A stretch of DNA of 64,000 nt from an uncultured Lachnospiraceae bacterium. Lineage in GTDB: Bacteria; Bacillota; Clostridia; Lachnospirales; Lachnospiraceae. A program made the position numbers and the translations under genes. The DNA is taken from contig CALZBR010000007.1 of assembly GCA_945621435.1 (NCBI GenBank), positions 8,119 through 72,118 on the forward strand. Reading direction: 5' to 3'. This document shows, one piece after another, positions 45,048 to 54,742 of this stretch. Numbering within the stretch: the stretch's first letter is position 1; each line of letters begins with the position of its first letter. Below the pieces are notes generated by a model, which was given only the letters and a program-made list of their open reading frames with translations, made no database searches and was not told the origin of the DNA.

Positions 45048-45917
45048 TCACCTTACAAAAAACGTTTTAACCAGTTGCCCGATAATAAGATTCCATCCAT
45101 CAGCCAGAACAAACAGCAGAATCTTAAACGGCATGGAAATGGTTGTGGGCGGCAACATCATCATACCCATACTCATGAGGGTCGAAGCCACAACCATGTC
45201 AATCACAATGAAGGGGATATAAATCATAAACCCGATCCAGAAAGCAATTCTGAGTTCACTGATCATAAAACTGGGCAAAAGCACTGAGAACGGAATGGAT
45301 TCGTTTTTACCGTCCCACTTTTTCCCCGCGATATCCATGAACAGCTGTACATCCTTTACCTGGGTCTGCGGATACATGAATTCCCGTAATGGCTGTACAC
45401 CGACCTCTAATGCCTCCTCCTGGGTGATCTCACCGGCTTCAAAGGGTTTGACTGCCTGGGTATTGATCTGCTCGATCGTAGGCTCCATAATAAAAAAGGT
45501 CAGGATAAGAGCCAGCCCGATCAGGATCTGATTAGGAGGTGCCGTCTGCGTATTCAATGCCGCTCTGGTAAAGTGTAACACGACGATAATCCTGGTAAAG
45601 GATGTCATCATGATGATAATGGTCGGAGCAAGGGCAATCAGTGTCAGCGTAATCAGGATTCGTAACGCACCGTTTACCTGACCGTTTACCTCATTATAGG
45701 TGATACTGAAGATATTCCCCGTATTGAAATTGACCAGGTCCTCCGGATTCTCTGCGGTACCCGGAGGGTTCTGCGTTGTAGAGACATCGGTATCTCCTGT
45801 CTGATGCTGCTCCGCCGCATGTACAACTATGGAATTTTGTATACACAATATGCCCACCGTAACCAGCAGGCATATAATCGTCAATATTCGTCTTAATCTC
45901 GGCCTAAACTTCATCAT
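45048..45917 (-). CDS. fliP: Flagellar export protein FliP
   Basis: MMTSFTRIIVV, PPNQILIG, MGMMMLPPTTISMPFKILLFVLADGW. Confidence 0.97.
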   Translation of the reverse strand: MMKFRPRLRRILTIICLLVTVGILCIQNSIVVHAAEQHQTGDTDVSTTQNPPGTAENPEDLVNFNTGNIFSITYNEVNGQVNGALRILITLTLIALAPTIIIMMTSFTRIIVVLHFTRAALNTQTAPPNQILIGLALILTFFIMEPTIEQINTQAVKPFEAGEITQEEALEVGVQPLREFMYPQTQVKDVQLFMDIAGKKWDGKNESIPFSVLLPSFMISELRIAFWIGFMIYIPFIVIDMVVASTLMSMGMMMLPPTTISMPFKILLFVLADGWNLIIGQLVKTFFVR

Positions 45918-46299
45918 CTGAGTGACTTTCCTTTGTGTTTTGAGTTTCAGCTTCCTTCTTTTTCAGTGCCTTATCCAAAAAGTCCCTGAAGCCAAATCCC
46001 TGATAACTGTTTTCTTCTCTCAGCTGTTCTGCAGGAATATCCCCCAACAGGGTCACTGTATCCCTGCATACCGCTATGGCCTTATAAGTTTCTCCGATAC
46101 GCACAATCTGAATGTACTTATTGGTTGCGATACGTGTCGTCTCAACAACCTGAATATTTACATTGGCACTCTGCTGTTTCTGATAGTTAGCTATCCATTT
46201 TGTGGTCATCGCCGTAATTCCCAGAACCAGGACAAAAATCACCAGTACCGTAATAAACTGTGCATAACTGTCAGCTTTCTGTGTCAGAAGGACATTCAT
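45904..46299 (-). CDS. fliO: Flagellar biosynthesis protein FliO/FliZ
   Basis: Single TM then NIQVVET...IQIVRIG; located between cheY and fliP. Confidence 0.8.
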   Translation of the reverse strand: MNVLLTQKADSYAQFITVLVIFVLVLGITAMTTKWIANYQKQQSANVNIQVVETTRIATNKYIQIVRIGETYKAIAVCRDTVTLLGDIPAEQLREENSYQGFGFRDFLDKALKKKEAETQNTKESHSDDEV

Positions 46300-46661
46300 C
46301 AGCCAACTACCTTCTTCACTGCCTCAATGACACGGTCTGCCTGGAAAGGCTTAACAATGAAGTCCTTGGCACCGGCCTGAATAGATTCAATAACCATTGC
46401 CTGCTGTCCCATTGCGGAACACATGATAACCTTAGCGCCGGCATCCACTTTTTTGATCTCTTTCAGAGCCTGGATACCATCCATCTCAGGCATGGTAATA
46501 TCCATCAGTACCAGATCCGGACTAACCTCCTTGTACTTCTCGATTGCAACCAATCCGTTCTCAGCCTCACCTGCCACATTGTATCCGTTCTTGCTAAGGA
46601 TATCCTTGATCATCATCCTCATAAAAGCTGCATCATCACATACCAGAATATTCTTTGCCAT
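46299..46661 (-). CDS. cheY: Chemotaxis response regulator CheY
   Basis: DDAAFMRMMIK, MDITMPEMDG, CSAMGQQ, FIVKPF. Confidence 0.96.
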   Translation of the reverse strand: MAKNILVCDDAAFMRMMIKDILSKNGYNVAGEAENGLVAIEKYKEVSPDLVLMDITMPEMDGIQALKEIKKVDAGAKVIMCSAMGQQAMVIESIQAGAKDFIVKPFQADRVIEAVKKVVG

Positions 46662-46673
46662 TAATCTTTCCTC

Positions 46674-48089
46674 CTATTGAATGATTTCCGTGATTCTTAC
46701 GCTAAAGCTTTCTTCTATTACTACAACTTCTCCCTTGGCAACATACTTACCGTTTACCAAAACATCTATAGGTTCTCCGGCAATTCTGTCAAGTTCGATA
46801 ATCGTACCCGGAGCAAAATTAAGGATTTCGGAAATCGACTTGGATGTCCGTCCAAGCTCCACCGTAACCTCCAACGGAACATCCATAATCAAGCCTATAT
46901 TTTCCTGACCCGGAATGGCTTGACCGGCTGCTGAAAAGTTTTGGAATTGAGCCGGTTGAACATTCACATTCTGCATGCTGTTCTGGGGTGCCATCCCCAT
47001 GCCGTTCATTCCCATCATCTGCGGGTTCATGCCCATCATCTGCGGATTCATGCCCATCATCTGAGAATTCATCCCCATCATCTGCGGGTTCATACCCATC
47101 ATTTGGGGATTCATGCCCATCATCTGAGGATTCATACCCATCATTTGCGGGTTCATGCCCATCATCTGGGGGTTCATGCCCATTTGACCCATACCCATCT
47201 GGGAATTCATATCTCCCTGAGGCTGCATTCCCATCTGAGGAGACATTCCCATCTGAGCCCCCGTATCCGGAATCCCGCCCATATCAAGGGGCTTATCGGG
47301 CTGTCCTGAGGTCTGAGCCGTGTCCGTAACCGGTTCGGCTGCCGAACTGTCTCCCATCTGCGTGGTAATGAATGTATCCACGATCCTCTTGGCGAATTCC
47401 ACCGGATACAATTGCATTATCGTACTGTCCACAAGATTGTCAATCTGCATGCGGAAGGAAATCTTTACAAACTGTCCTGCAAGAAACGGAGCAATATCTC
47501 CTCCTCCGGTAATCTCTGTAAGGTCCAGCAGCGATGAGTTCGGCGGGCTGATGTCGATGGTCAACTTCAACATGGTGGAAAGCGATGTTGCAGCAGATCC
47601 CATCATCTGATTCATTGCTTCTGAGATGGCGCTTAAATGAAGCTCTCCCAATTCTCCGTCAGTATTGGTTCCGTCACCACCCATCATCAGGTCTGTTATT
47701 ATCTTGACATCCTGTTCCTTCAGCACGAGGATATTGGTGCCATCCAGACCTTGTGTATATTTGATCTGTATAAATACACAGGGCTTTTCATATTCGGCCA
47801 GCAGGGTCTCCCAGGTCGCAATCTCCACCATGGGAGTAGTGATATTCACCTTTCTGTTCACAAGGGAATACAACGTGGTTGCAGAAGAACCCATACTGAT
47901 ATTTGCAACCTCTCCAATGGCGTCTTTTTCCACAGCCGTCAGGGAAACACTCTCCGACACACCTGCTTCAACCGGACCTGCAGAACCTACATTTCCCGGT
48001 TCTGCCGGGCTTTCCGCCGCTTCGCCATCGGACAGATCCATGCCGCTCAACAATGCATTTATTTCGTCCTGCGACAGCATTCCATCCAT
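46674..48089 (-). CDS. fliY: Flagellar motor switch phosphatase FliY (CheC-like plus FliN domain) with Met/Gln/Gly/Pro/Asn-rich linker
   Basis: LSQDEINALL, DAIGEVAN, SAISEAMNQM, C-terminal DVPLEVTVELGR...AKGEVVV. Confidence 0.95.
   Translation of the reverse strand: MDGMLSQDEINALLSGMDLSDGEAAESPAEPGNVGSAGPVEAGVSESVSLTAVEKDAIGEVANISMGSSATTLYSLVNRKVNITTPMVEIATWETLLAEYEKPCVFIQIKYTQGLDGTNILVLKEQDVKIITDLMMGGDGTNTDGELGELHLSAISEAMNQMMGSAATSLSTMLKLTIDISPPNSSLLDLTEITGGGDIAPFLAGQFVKISFRMQIDNLVDSTIMQLYPVEFAKRIVDTFITTQMGDSSAAEPVTDTAQTSGQPDKPLDMGGIPDTGAQMGMSPQMGMQPQGDMNSQMGMGQMGMNPQMMGMNPQMMGMNPQMMGMNPQMMGMNPQMMGMNSQMMGMNPQMMGMNPQMMGMNGMGMAPQNSMQNVNVQPAQFQNFSAAGQAIPGQENIGLIMDVPLEVTVELGRTSKSISEILNFAPGTIIELDRIAGEPIDVLVNGKYVAKGEVVVIEESFSVRITEIIQ
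47004..47183 (-). repeat. Coding 21-bp tandem repeat x8 plus partial, encoding MGMN(P/S)QM
   Basis: Eight 21-bp units at 47016-47183 differing mainly at synonymous positions. Confidence 0.95.
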
Positions 48090-48092
48090 ATC

Positions 48093-49073
48093 TTACTCCT
48101 CCTCTCTCAATACCGACGTTATCTTGACGGCATAAGAGTCTTTTTCAGCTCCGGGAAGTGCGGTAAATTTTCTCAGGTTACCCACATAGACATTCATCTC
48201 TTCATCCACCCTGGTATCAAGACGAATGCAATCTCCCACCTGCAGCCCCATAAAATCATTGACTGAAATGGTACTCTTTCCCAGTACTGCTCTGATCGGT
48301 ATACTGACCTTACGAATCAGCATCTCGATATTATCCTGATAATCAATATCATGGTTCTCCTGCATGGAAGAAAACCAGTATTTCGTATTCAGCTTATCCA
48401 TCACATCTTCCAATGTGATAAAAGGAAGACAGACATTGACAAATCCTTCAACTTCGCCAATCTTCATGTTTAATGTCACAATGGCAATCATATCGTTTGG
48501 TGCAATTACCTGCGCAAACTGAGGATTGGTCTCAAGCCGGCTTAACACCGGATTGATATCAATTACATTTTTCCAGGGCTCTCTCATCAGCTGAGTCAGC
48601 ATGATCAGAATCTTCTGGATAATCGACTGTTCTATCTCGGAAAACTCCCTTTTCTTCTCAAGAGAAGCTCCGCTTCCACCAAGCATGCGATCTAACATAG
48701 CATAAGCCAGATTTGTCGCCAGGTCAATGATAATCTGACCATTTAACGGTGAAAAATTAACAATTCCCAAAATAACGGGATTGGAAAGTGCATTGGTAAA
48801 TTCACTAAAGGTGACCGTCTCTGAGCTTGCCACCGATACCTGAACGCTCTTGCGCAGATACACGGGCAGGTTCGTGGAAATCAAACGGCCGTAATGCTCA
48901 AAGATAATCTCAAGGGTTCTCAGATGTTCCTTGGAGAACTTCGTGGGACGGCTGAAATCGTAGTTCTTAACCTGCTTCTCCCCATCCTCCTGCATCCGTT
49001 CAACATCAAGTTCGCCTGTGGAAAGCGCAGCCAGCAGATTATCTATTTCTTTTTGGGATAACACGTCTCCCAC
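48093..49073 (-). CDS. fliM: Flagellar motor switch protein FliM
   Basis: VLSQKEIDNLL, YDFSRPTKFSKEHLRTL, ETNPQFAQ. Confidence 0.96.
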   Translation of the reverse strand: MGDVLSQKEIDNLLAALSTGELDVERMQEDGEKQVKNYDFSRPTKFSKEHLRTLEIIFEHYGRLISTNLPVYLRKSVQVSVASSETVTFSEFTNALSNPVILGIVNFSPLNGQIIIDLATNLAYAMLDRMLGGSGASLEKKREFSEIEQSIIQKILIMLTQLMREPWKNVIDINPVLSRLETNPQFAQVIAPNDMIAIVTLNMKIGEVEGFVNVCLPFITLEDVMDKLNTKYWFSSMQENHDIDYQDNIEMLIRKVSIPIRAVLGKSTISVNDFMGLQVGDCIRLDTRVDEEMNVYVGNLRKFTALPGAEKDSYAVKITSVLREEE

Positions 49074-49113
49074 ACAGACTCACCTCCTGTTGATAACCTT
49101 AAGACAATGTTTA

Positions 49114-49662
49114 TTAGCCAAATTTGATGTCGTACAGTCCGATTTTATATATAAAGTCAGATCCAAGTAATTTTTTAATCTCTTTTAAAATCTCTGTCCT
49201 GATGCGTTCAAGCCCTTCCTGGGACTGACATTCCTCCAGCGTATGACTTCCCACCACTTTGGTCACCACATCAAGAATCATACTCTTCTTTGCATCAAGA
49301 TTCTCCGTGCCACCCAATTTTTTATAATCTTTATTCTTCGTATTCTGTAGCAGGGAAAGAGAAAAAATGATATAGACCTGCTTCGAATTGGTGATTGTTC
49401 CGTCCGAATTCGTCGTGGAGGATGTTGCCAAAGGAATTGTGATTCCAACCATATCGTAAGCTTCCGTTTCTTCAAGCGGTACGTCTGCCTCCGCTTCTCC
49501 TCCGGGAGTGTAAAGCTCCAGATTCAAAACAGTTGCAATGGAAGTAACCAATTCAGCTGTCTTCTTATTGGTGCCGGTGACACTGAGCATCATCACGGTA
49601 GTCAACGCTATATTCACAATCAGAAGAACCAGGATCAGTACACTAAGTAAATTTTTCTTCAT
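49114..49662 (-). CDS. fliL: Flagellar basal body-associated protein FliL
   Basis: Single N-terminal TM; located between motB and fliM; C-terminal pattern ILDVV...GLERIRTEILKEI. Confidence 0.75.
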   Translation of the reverse strand: MKKNLLSVLILVLLIVNIALTTVMMLSVTGTNKKTAELVTSIATVLNLELYTPGGEAEADVPLEETEAYDMVGITIPLATSSTTNSDGTITNSKQVYIIFSLSLLQNTKNKDYKKLGGTENLDAKKSMILDVVTKVVGSHTLEECQSQEGLERIRTEILKEIKKLLGSDFIYKIGLYDIKFG

Positions 49663-49704
49663 AACAAACTATCTGTTTTATCCTTTCTCATCCTGTGGAA
49701 AACC

Positions 49705-50538
49705 TCATCCTCTGGATGGATTAAAGATTTTAATCTCTACTCTTCTGTTACGGCTTCTTCCCTCTGCGGTGCCATTGTCCGCTACCGGAACCCGTTCCCC
49801 CATTCCGGCATGCTTCATATTGACAGGGTCTAAGAGTGTATTCTCCTTCAGAAAGTAGAATACGGTCAGCGCCCTGGCACTGCTGAGCTCCTCATTGTCG
49901 GCAAACTGTGCACTGTAGATCGGCACATTGTCCGTATGACCTTCTATCTCAATAATACCGCCTTCATACTGCTCCAGGATTGTCCCTACCTTGAGCAGAA
50001 TCTCCTTGGACTCCTCCTTCAGCTGTGCGCTTCCGGAATCAAACAGCAGCGCTCCGCTCATGGACAACTGAATATATTGGGATGTAAAACTCACATCTAT
50101 GTCATCCCCGATCATATTCTCTGTCAGTGCTTCCTCAATTCCCTCTGAAAGCTCTTCATTATTCTTCAGCTGCTCCTCCTTCAGAACCTCTTCCAATACT
50201 TCCTGGGGAAGCTGTGACAGATCAAACTGTTCCAGGTTCTCCCCATCCGTGGTGCTGTCGGCAGGTCTGCCGGTACTGTTGATATATTTGTCCAGTTCAT
50301 TGAGCTGACTCACGCCGTTGCTGATCAGCAAGCCGTCACCGATGGCTGTGGCGCCTCCGTCAAATATACTGAAAGTGCTGTTCATGGCCGCCACAAATGC
50401 CGCCAGCTTGTCCTCCTGAATAGTGGACATGGAGAACAACATTACAAAGAAACACAGCAACAGGTTCATCAGGTCACTGAAGGTCGCCATCCACGCAGGG
50501 GAACCCGCCGGCGGCGTATCTTCCTTTTTCTTTGCCAT
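49705..50538 (-). CDS. motB: Flagellar stator B subunit (MotB/MotS-type)
   Basis: WMATFSDLMNLLLCFFVMLFSMS TM; OmpA-like EGHTDNVP, LSSARA, RNRRVEI. Confidence 0.95.
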   Translation of the reverse strand: MAKKKEDTPPAGSPAWMATFSDLMNLLLCFFVMLFSMSTIQEDKLAAFVAAMNSTFSIFDGGATAIGDGLLISNGVSQLNELDKYINSTGRPADSTTDGENLEQFDLSQLPQEVLEEVLKEEQLKNNEELSEGIEEALTENMIGDDIDVSFTSQYIQLSMSGALLFDSGSAQLKEESKEILLKVGTILEQYEGGIIEIEGHTDNVPIYSAQFADNEELSSARALTVFYFLKENTLLDPVNMKHAGMGERVPVADNGTAEGRSRNRRVEIKIFNPSRG

Positions 50539-51338
50539 TACGCCTCACCTCCTGCTCCTTCATCGGAGGTCTCCCTGTCCTTGGGAGCCAGGAAGGATTT
50601 CAACTTTTCTTCGATTACACGGGGATTCTCACCTGCCTGAATGGACAGCAGTCCCTCTATCATAACTTCCTTCAGCATCATCTCTGCCGCATTGTCAGAC
50701 TTGAGCTTGTTGGAAACGGGCGTACATATCATATTTGCAAGGAGGGAACCGTACAGTGTGGTAATCAGCGCCACCGCCATCGCAGGTCCCAGGGTGGAGG
50801 GATCCTCCATGTGATACAGCATGTTTACCAGACCTACAAGAGTACCGATCATACCCCAGGCAGGTCCCATGGCACCCAGGGTATCCCAGAACCCGATATT
50901 CACCTTATGTCTTCCTTCGATACTGTACATCTCGGTTTCCATAATGGCGCGGACCAGATCCGGATCGGTTCCGTCCACGATTAATAGAATTCCTTTCTTC
51001 AAAAAAGGCTCATCCATATCTGACGCAGCCTCCTCCAAAGACAGCAATCCTTCTTTGCGGGCAACATTTGAAAGATCAATAATCTTCTTGATCATACCCG
51101 AAGTATCCAGATTCGGGGCTTTAAAGATCAGAGTAAAACTCTTCAAACCGCTTATGTAATCCTGCAGGCTGTTGGACATCAGGGTAGCTGCGAAGGCACC
51201 GCCGAAGGTAATGATGGCGGATGGAAAATCCCAATAATAATGGACTCCGGCCAATGTTGCACTACTGATGATACCAAAGCCAAACATCGCTATACATAAC
51301 AGTAATCCTGCCAACGATCCTATATCCACAAAACTCAC
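50538..51338 (-). CDS. motA: Flagellar stator A subunit (MotA/MotP/PomA-type); true start may be GTG at 51329
   Basis: ARKEGLLSLE, GPAWGMIGTLVGL, GPAMAVALITTLYG, GENPRVI. Confidence 0.95.
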   Translation of the reverse strand: MSFVDIGSLAGLLLCIAMFGFGIISSATLAGVHYYWDFPSAIITFGGAFAATLMSNSLQDYISGLKSFTLIFKAPNLDTSGMIKKIIDLSNVARKEGLLSLEEAASDMDEPFLKKGILLIVDGTDPDLVRAIMETEMYSIEGRHKVNIGFWDTLGAMGPAWGMIGTLVGLVNMLYHMEDPSTLGPAMAVALITTLYGSLLANMICTPVSNKLKSDNAAEMMLKEVMIEGLLSIQAGENPRVIEEKLKSFLAPKDRETSDEGAGGEA

Positions 51339-51353
51339 CTGACATTCTGCTTT

Positions 51354-51545
51354 TTATGATTCACTCGCAAAAATACCCTTTCTATACAATATTACTAAAT
51401 TTTTCACATCTTGTCTACTTTCTTTTACAATTATTTTTTTACCGGTTGTAAGTGTAATCACCGTGTCGGGAGTCTCTTCCACCGTTTCAAACAAATGCGG
51501 GTTTACAAGAATCTTGACTCCGTTTAATTTTGTCAGTTCTATCAT
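51354..51545 (-). CDS. flbD: Flagellar protein FlbD (SwrD-like)
   Basis: MIELTKLNG...ETVEETPDTVITLTTGKKIIVKES. Confidence 0.92.
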   Translation of the reverse strand: MIELTKLNGVKILVNPHLFETVEETPDTVITLTTGKKIIVKESRQDVKNLVILYRKGIFASES

Positions 51546-51609
51546 ATCGGTTGCCCTCCCGAGATCAACAGGTGTTATGAATCACAGATACACTATTCCA
51601 TAAGAAAGC

Positions 51610-51638
51610 ATAGGGGGATGGAATACTCCACCCCCTAT
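51610..51638 (-). terminator. Stem-loop downstream of flgE (partial terminator or mRNA stabiliser)
   Basis: ATAGGGGG-A-TGGA-atac-TCCA-CCCCCTAT; only a weak T-run on minus strand. Confidence 0.55.
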
Positions 51639-51674
51639 ATTATAACACATTTTTACAAATCAGTAAAATCCTAA

Positions 51675-53471
51675 TTAACGCTTCAGATTGGTTAATTCTT
51701 CCAACAGGGTATCGGACACGGTGATGATACGGCTGTTGGCCTGGAAACCACGCTGTGTGGTAATCATCTCCGTGAACTCGGAAGACAGATCCACATTACT
51801 CATTTCCAGCTGGCCGGTGGACATATAGCCGCCGTTGGCGGTAACATCCACGCCGGTTCCGTCGAATTCTCCGGAGTTCAGGGTAGCGGAATAGAGATTG
51901 TCTCCCTGCTTTTCAAGACCGGAAGCATTGGCAAAGGCTGCCGTTGCAATCTGTCCCAGGAGCTTGGTCATACCGCTGTCATAGCTGGCATAAATCATAC
52001 CGTTTTGCTGTACCGACACACCGATCATGGAACCATTACGGCGCCCGGTTCCCAGTCCGTCACGGTCACCGCTGGTTGCACTCAGCGTGGAAGTACCCTT
52101 ATTACCGAAATTCGTCACGTTGGAAAAATCAATTTCGATATTGGAGAAATTACCACCCAGAGTCTCAGCAAGATTCAGGGTTGCTGTGGTGTTGGTTGCC
52201 GCACCGTTGATGCCGGAAAAATAACCGGTATTTTTATCGAAAGTAATGGTAACGCCTTCAAAATAACGACCTGTTACGTTGAAGTAAGCCTCCTCCGCAG
52301 GAATGCCGGCAAAAGTAGGCAGAGGGGTATTCGCACCTGTATCCGTATCGGTTTTTCCGGAAGCCAGATTGAACAGAAGCTGTTTCACGGAAAGATCCGT
52401 GGTTCCCTGGGTAGGGTCTGTCAGACTGTTCGGTGCAGAATAAATCAGATTCAGGAACTCCGATGTAGAACCCTCGTAGCCGTAAGCCTTGGCGAGTTCA
52501 TCCAGCTGCTGGTTTACGGTCAGCTTGCCATTCGTACCAAAATCAATTTCCGTATCCCCGTCTTCAAATACCGGCTGGCTTGCCGTGCTACCCGCCTGAA
52601 AGAGCTTGGAAGGATCCGCCACAAGTTCACCGCTTCCTTTTCTGTACAGGACACCGCTTGTCCACACATAGTTTGACGAGTCAAAGTTAACCTTTCCCGC
52701 CTTCTTCTGTGTGCTGGTATCGCCGAAGAGCTTGCCGCTTACACTGCCCAGGTCTACGACTTCACCGTCGGCATTCAGAATCTTGTCCAGCTCCAGGCTG
52801 TAGGTATGGGGATCGCTGGACTGTTTAAAAAGCATCTTTGCCGTGTAGCTGTAACCCAGATTATCAAAGAAGTTCAGGTTCACCGCCTTACCGTTGACAC
52901 TGGTCACATCGGGATCGTCGCTGTCCAGGATACCTGCCATATATGCCTTAGAGGTAGCCTCGGGCGGATAGGTCATATTGGCCGCATCCATGATGCGAAG
53001 TGCCGAAACCGTATCCTGCTTGATCTTACCGGTCAGCTCATCCACGCCCCAGCCCATTACATTGTAACCGGTGCTGGTCATTGCCAGATTACCTGCAGCA
53101 TCCACATAGAAAGAACCGTCTCTGGTAAAGAAGTTCTCGCTTCCGTTATTCACTACAAAGAAATTATCTCCGTTGATCATAATATCGAAAGGATTACCGG
53201 TGGACTGGGTAGAACCTTGTCCCGTAATATTGATATTGATTGCGCCGGATTTAACACCGAGACCAATCTGTCTTGCGTTGACACCGCCGGTTCCGGTAGC
53301 TGCATTGGGACCGCTTGCTCTCTGGGTGGTCTGGCTCATCAGTTCACTGAAGGTGATGGAACTGGCCTTAAATGCAGTGGTATTTACGTTTGCTATATTA
53401 TTACCGATAACGTCCATCTTGATCTGGTGTGTCTTAAGTCCTGCCACACCGGAATAAAGTGATCTCATCAT
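51675..53471 (-). CDS. flgE: Flagellar hook protein FlgE (long form)
   Basis: MMRSLYSGVAGL...MDVIGNNIANVNT; LEMSNVDLSSEFTEMITTQRGFQANSRII. Confidence 0.93.
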   Translation of the reverse strand: MMRSLYSGVAGLKTHQIKMDVIGNNIANVNTTAFKASSITFSELMSQTTQRASGPNAATGTGGVNARQIGLGVKSGAININITGQGSTQSTGNPFDIMINGDNFFVVNNGSENFFTRDGSFYVDAAGNLAMTSTGYNVMGWGVDELTGKIKQDTVSALRIMDAANMTYPPEATSKAYMAGILDSDDPDVTSVNGKAVNLNFFDNLGYSYTAKMLFKQSSDPHTYSLELDKILNADGEVVDLGSVSGKLFGDTSTQKKAGKVNFDSSNYVWTSGVLYRKGSGELVADPSKLFQAGSTASQPVFEDGDTEIDFGTNGKLTVNQQLDELAKAYGYEGSTSEFLNLIYSAPNSLTDPTQGTTDLSVKQLLFNLASGKTDTDTGANTPLPTFAGIPAEEAYFNVTGRYFEGVTITFDKNTGYFSGINGAATNTTATLNLAETLGGNFSNIEIDFSNVTNFGNKGTSTLSATSGDRDGLGTGRRNGSMIGVSVQQNGMIYASYDSGMTKLLGQIATAAFANASGLEKQGDNLYSATLNSGEFDGTGVDVTANGGYMSTGQLEMSNVDLSSEFTEMITTQRGFQANSRIITVSDTLLEELTNLKR

Positions 53472-53540
53472 AATATTGTTCCTCCTGTCGGAGTAAACCG
53501 TTTCTCATAACCTAAAGGTTAGCTATAAATGCCTTACGTT

Positions 53541-53954
53541 TTAAACGATTACTGCTCCGTTGATATTAGTAAATATATTTTCGTCTGTCGCTGTACTGTC
53601 CATGGCCGTCACCACCGTGAGACTCGGTACATTTACAATAAATGCCAGCTGATCCATCAGTACCAGAGATTCCCTGATTCCCTTTTCTCCCGCCTTGCGG
53701 GCGCCATCATTCAGACGCTCCAGCTGGGAGCTGTCAAGTGCAATATTGCGGTCGTTTAACCGATTCATCGCATGCTTGGAGAATTTCAGTTCTCCTGCCG
53801 GCGCCGCAGTCCGGGAATCCATCCCCTTCTGCCTCAGAATGTCCCGGAAGCTCAAGGAATTAACGCTTTCCTTTTCTTCCTGCACTCTGGTCCGGCTTAA
53901 ATACTGGTCTGTCAGCTGCTCCATGGACAAGTATCCCTGATTTTGAACCTTCAT
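53541..53954 (-). CDS. Flagellar operon protein (TIGR02530-type)
   Basis: LKFSKHAMNRL..R.I, KGIRESLV, TVVTAM, NIFTNINGAV; between flgD and flgE. Confidence 0.88.
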   Translation of the reverse strand: MKVQNQGYLSMEQLTDQYLSRTRVQEEKESVNSLSFRDILRQKGMDSRTAAPAGELKFSKHAMNRLNDRNIALDSSQLERLNDGARKAGEKGIRESLVLMDQLAFIVNVPSLTVVTAMDSTATDENIFTNINGAVIV

Positions 53955-53989
53955 CCCTGTCAGCTCCTTTTTTGTTCAGTCCTCATCCT

Positions 53990-54694
53990 TCAGACATTCT
54001 CTGAAGTCCCGCTGCCTTCCGCCTCCGGCTCCTCAGCGGTATCCTTTTCTTCCTCGGCTTTGTCACGGAGCTCCTGAAGCTTCTCCACATACTCCTTCAG
54101 CTTCTTCTCATTCTCCTCCGTCACAAAGGTCTTCTCATATTCCGACATCTCGTCGTACATCTTCTGCAATTCATCCACTTCCTTGGCATCCGTCATATCC
54201 AGCCCCGCTGCCACAGGAAGCTTGTTCAGTCTCACGGTAAAGGCGTATGCCTTGTCGTAAGCCGCCTGATACTCCTTGTCCACAACAGAATCCAGATCGT
54301 CCAGGGAATACAGGGATTCGTCTATGGAAAGATAAGCCTTCCCATTCTCATAAACCACATAATCCACTTTTCCCTGCACGTACTTGGTTTCCCCTGCAGA
54401 TGTGGTAGTCTTGATGTAAACCTCCTGTCCCACCAAAGCGCTTGCTCTGGAGAGATCCATGCTTCCTGCCATATTCTGCATCTGCTCAACCTGAGAGAAC
54501 TGAGCATACTGGGAAATAAACTCTGTGTTCGAAGTTGGCTCTAAGGGATCCTGGTACTTCATCTGTGCCACGAGAAGCTGAAGAAATGCATCCTTGTCCA
54601 TGTTGCTTCCGTTGGTTTTCGAAGTATTTTTTAAGGAATTCTGGGATTCCGTCTCCACTACCTTACCGTTTTCTACAGGTGCCACAAGTGCCAT
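53990..54694 (-). CDS. flgD: Flagellar hook capping protein FlgD
   Basis: MDKDAFLQLLVAQMKYQDPLEP..NTEFISQYAQFSQVEQM. Confidence 0.95.
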   Translation of the reverse strand: MALVAPVENGKVVETESQNSLKNTSKTNGSNMDKDAFLQLLVAQMKYQDPLEPTSNTEFISQYAQFSQVEQMQNMAGSMDLSRASALVGQEVYIKTTTSAGETKYVQGKVDYVVYENGKAYLSIDESLYSLDDLDSVVDKEYQAAYDKAYAFTVRLNKLPVAAGLDMTDAKEVDELQKMYDEMSEYEKTFVTEENEKKLKEYVEKLQELRDKAEEEKDTAEEPEAEGSGTSENV

Positions 54695-54742
54695 AGTTTC
54701 ATTCCTCTTCTTTCTGTTATCCGTCCGGCTGCGGAAACTGCC

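Noticed and set aside
51543-51570. sigma28 -10-like CCGATAT before flbD
   Set aside because: Overlaps the start codon and has no TAAA-like -35 at the correct spacing
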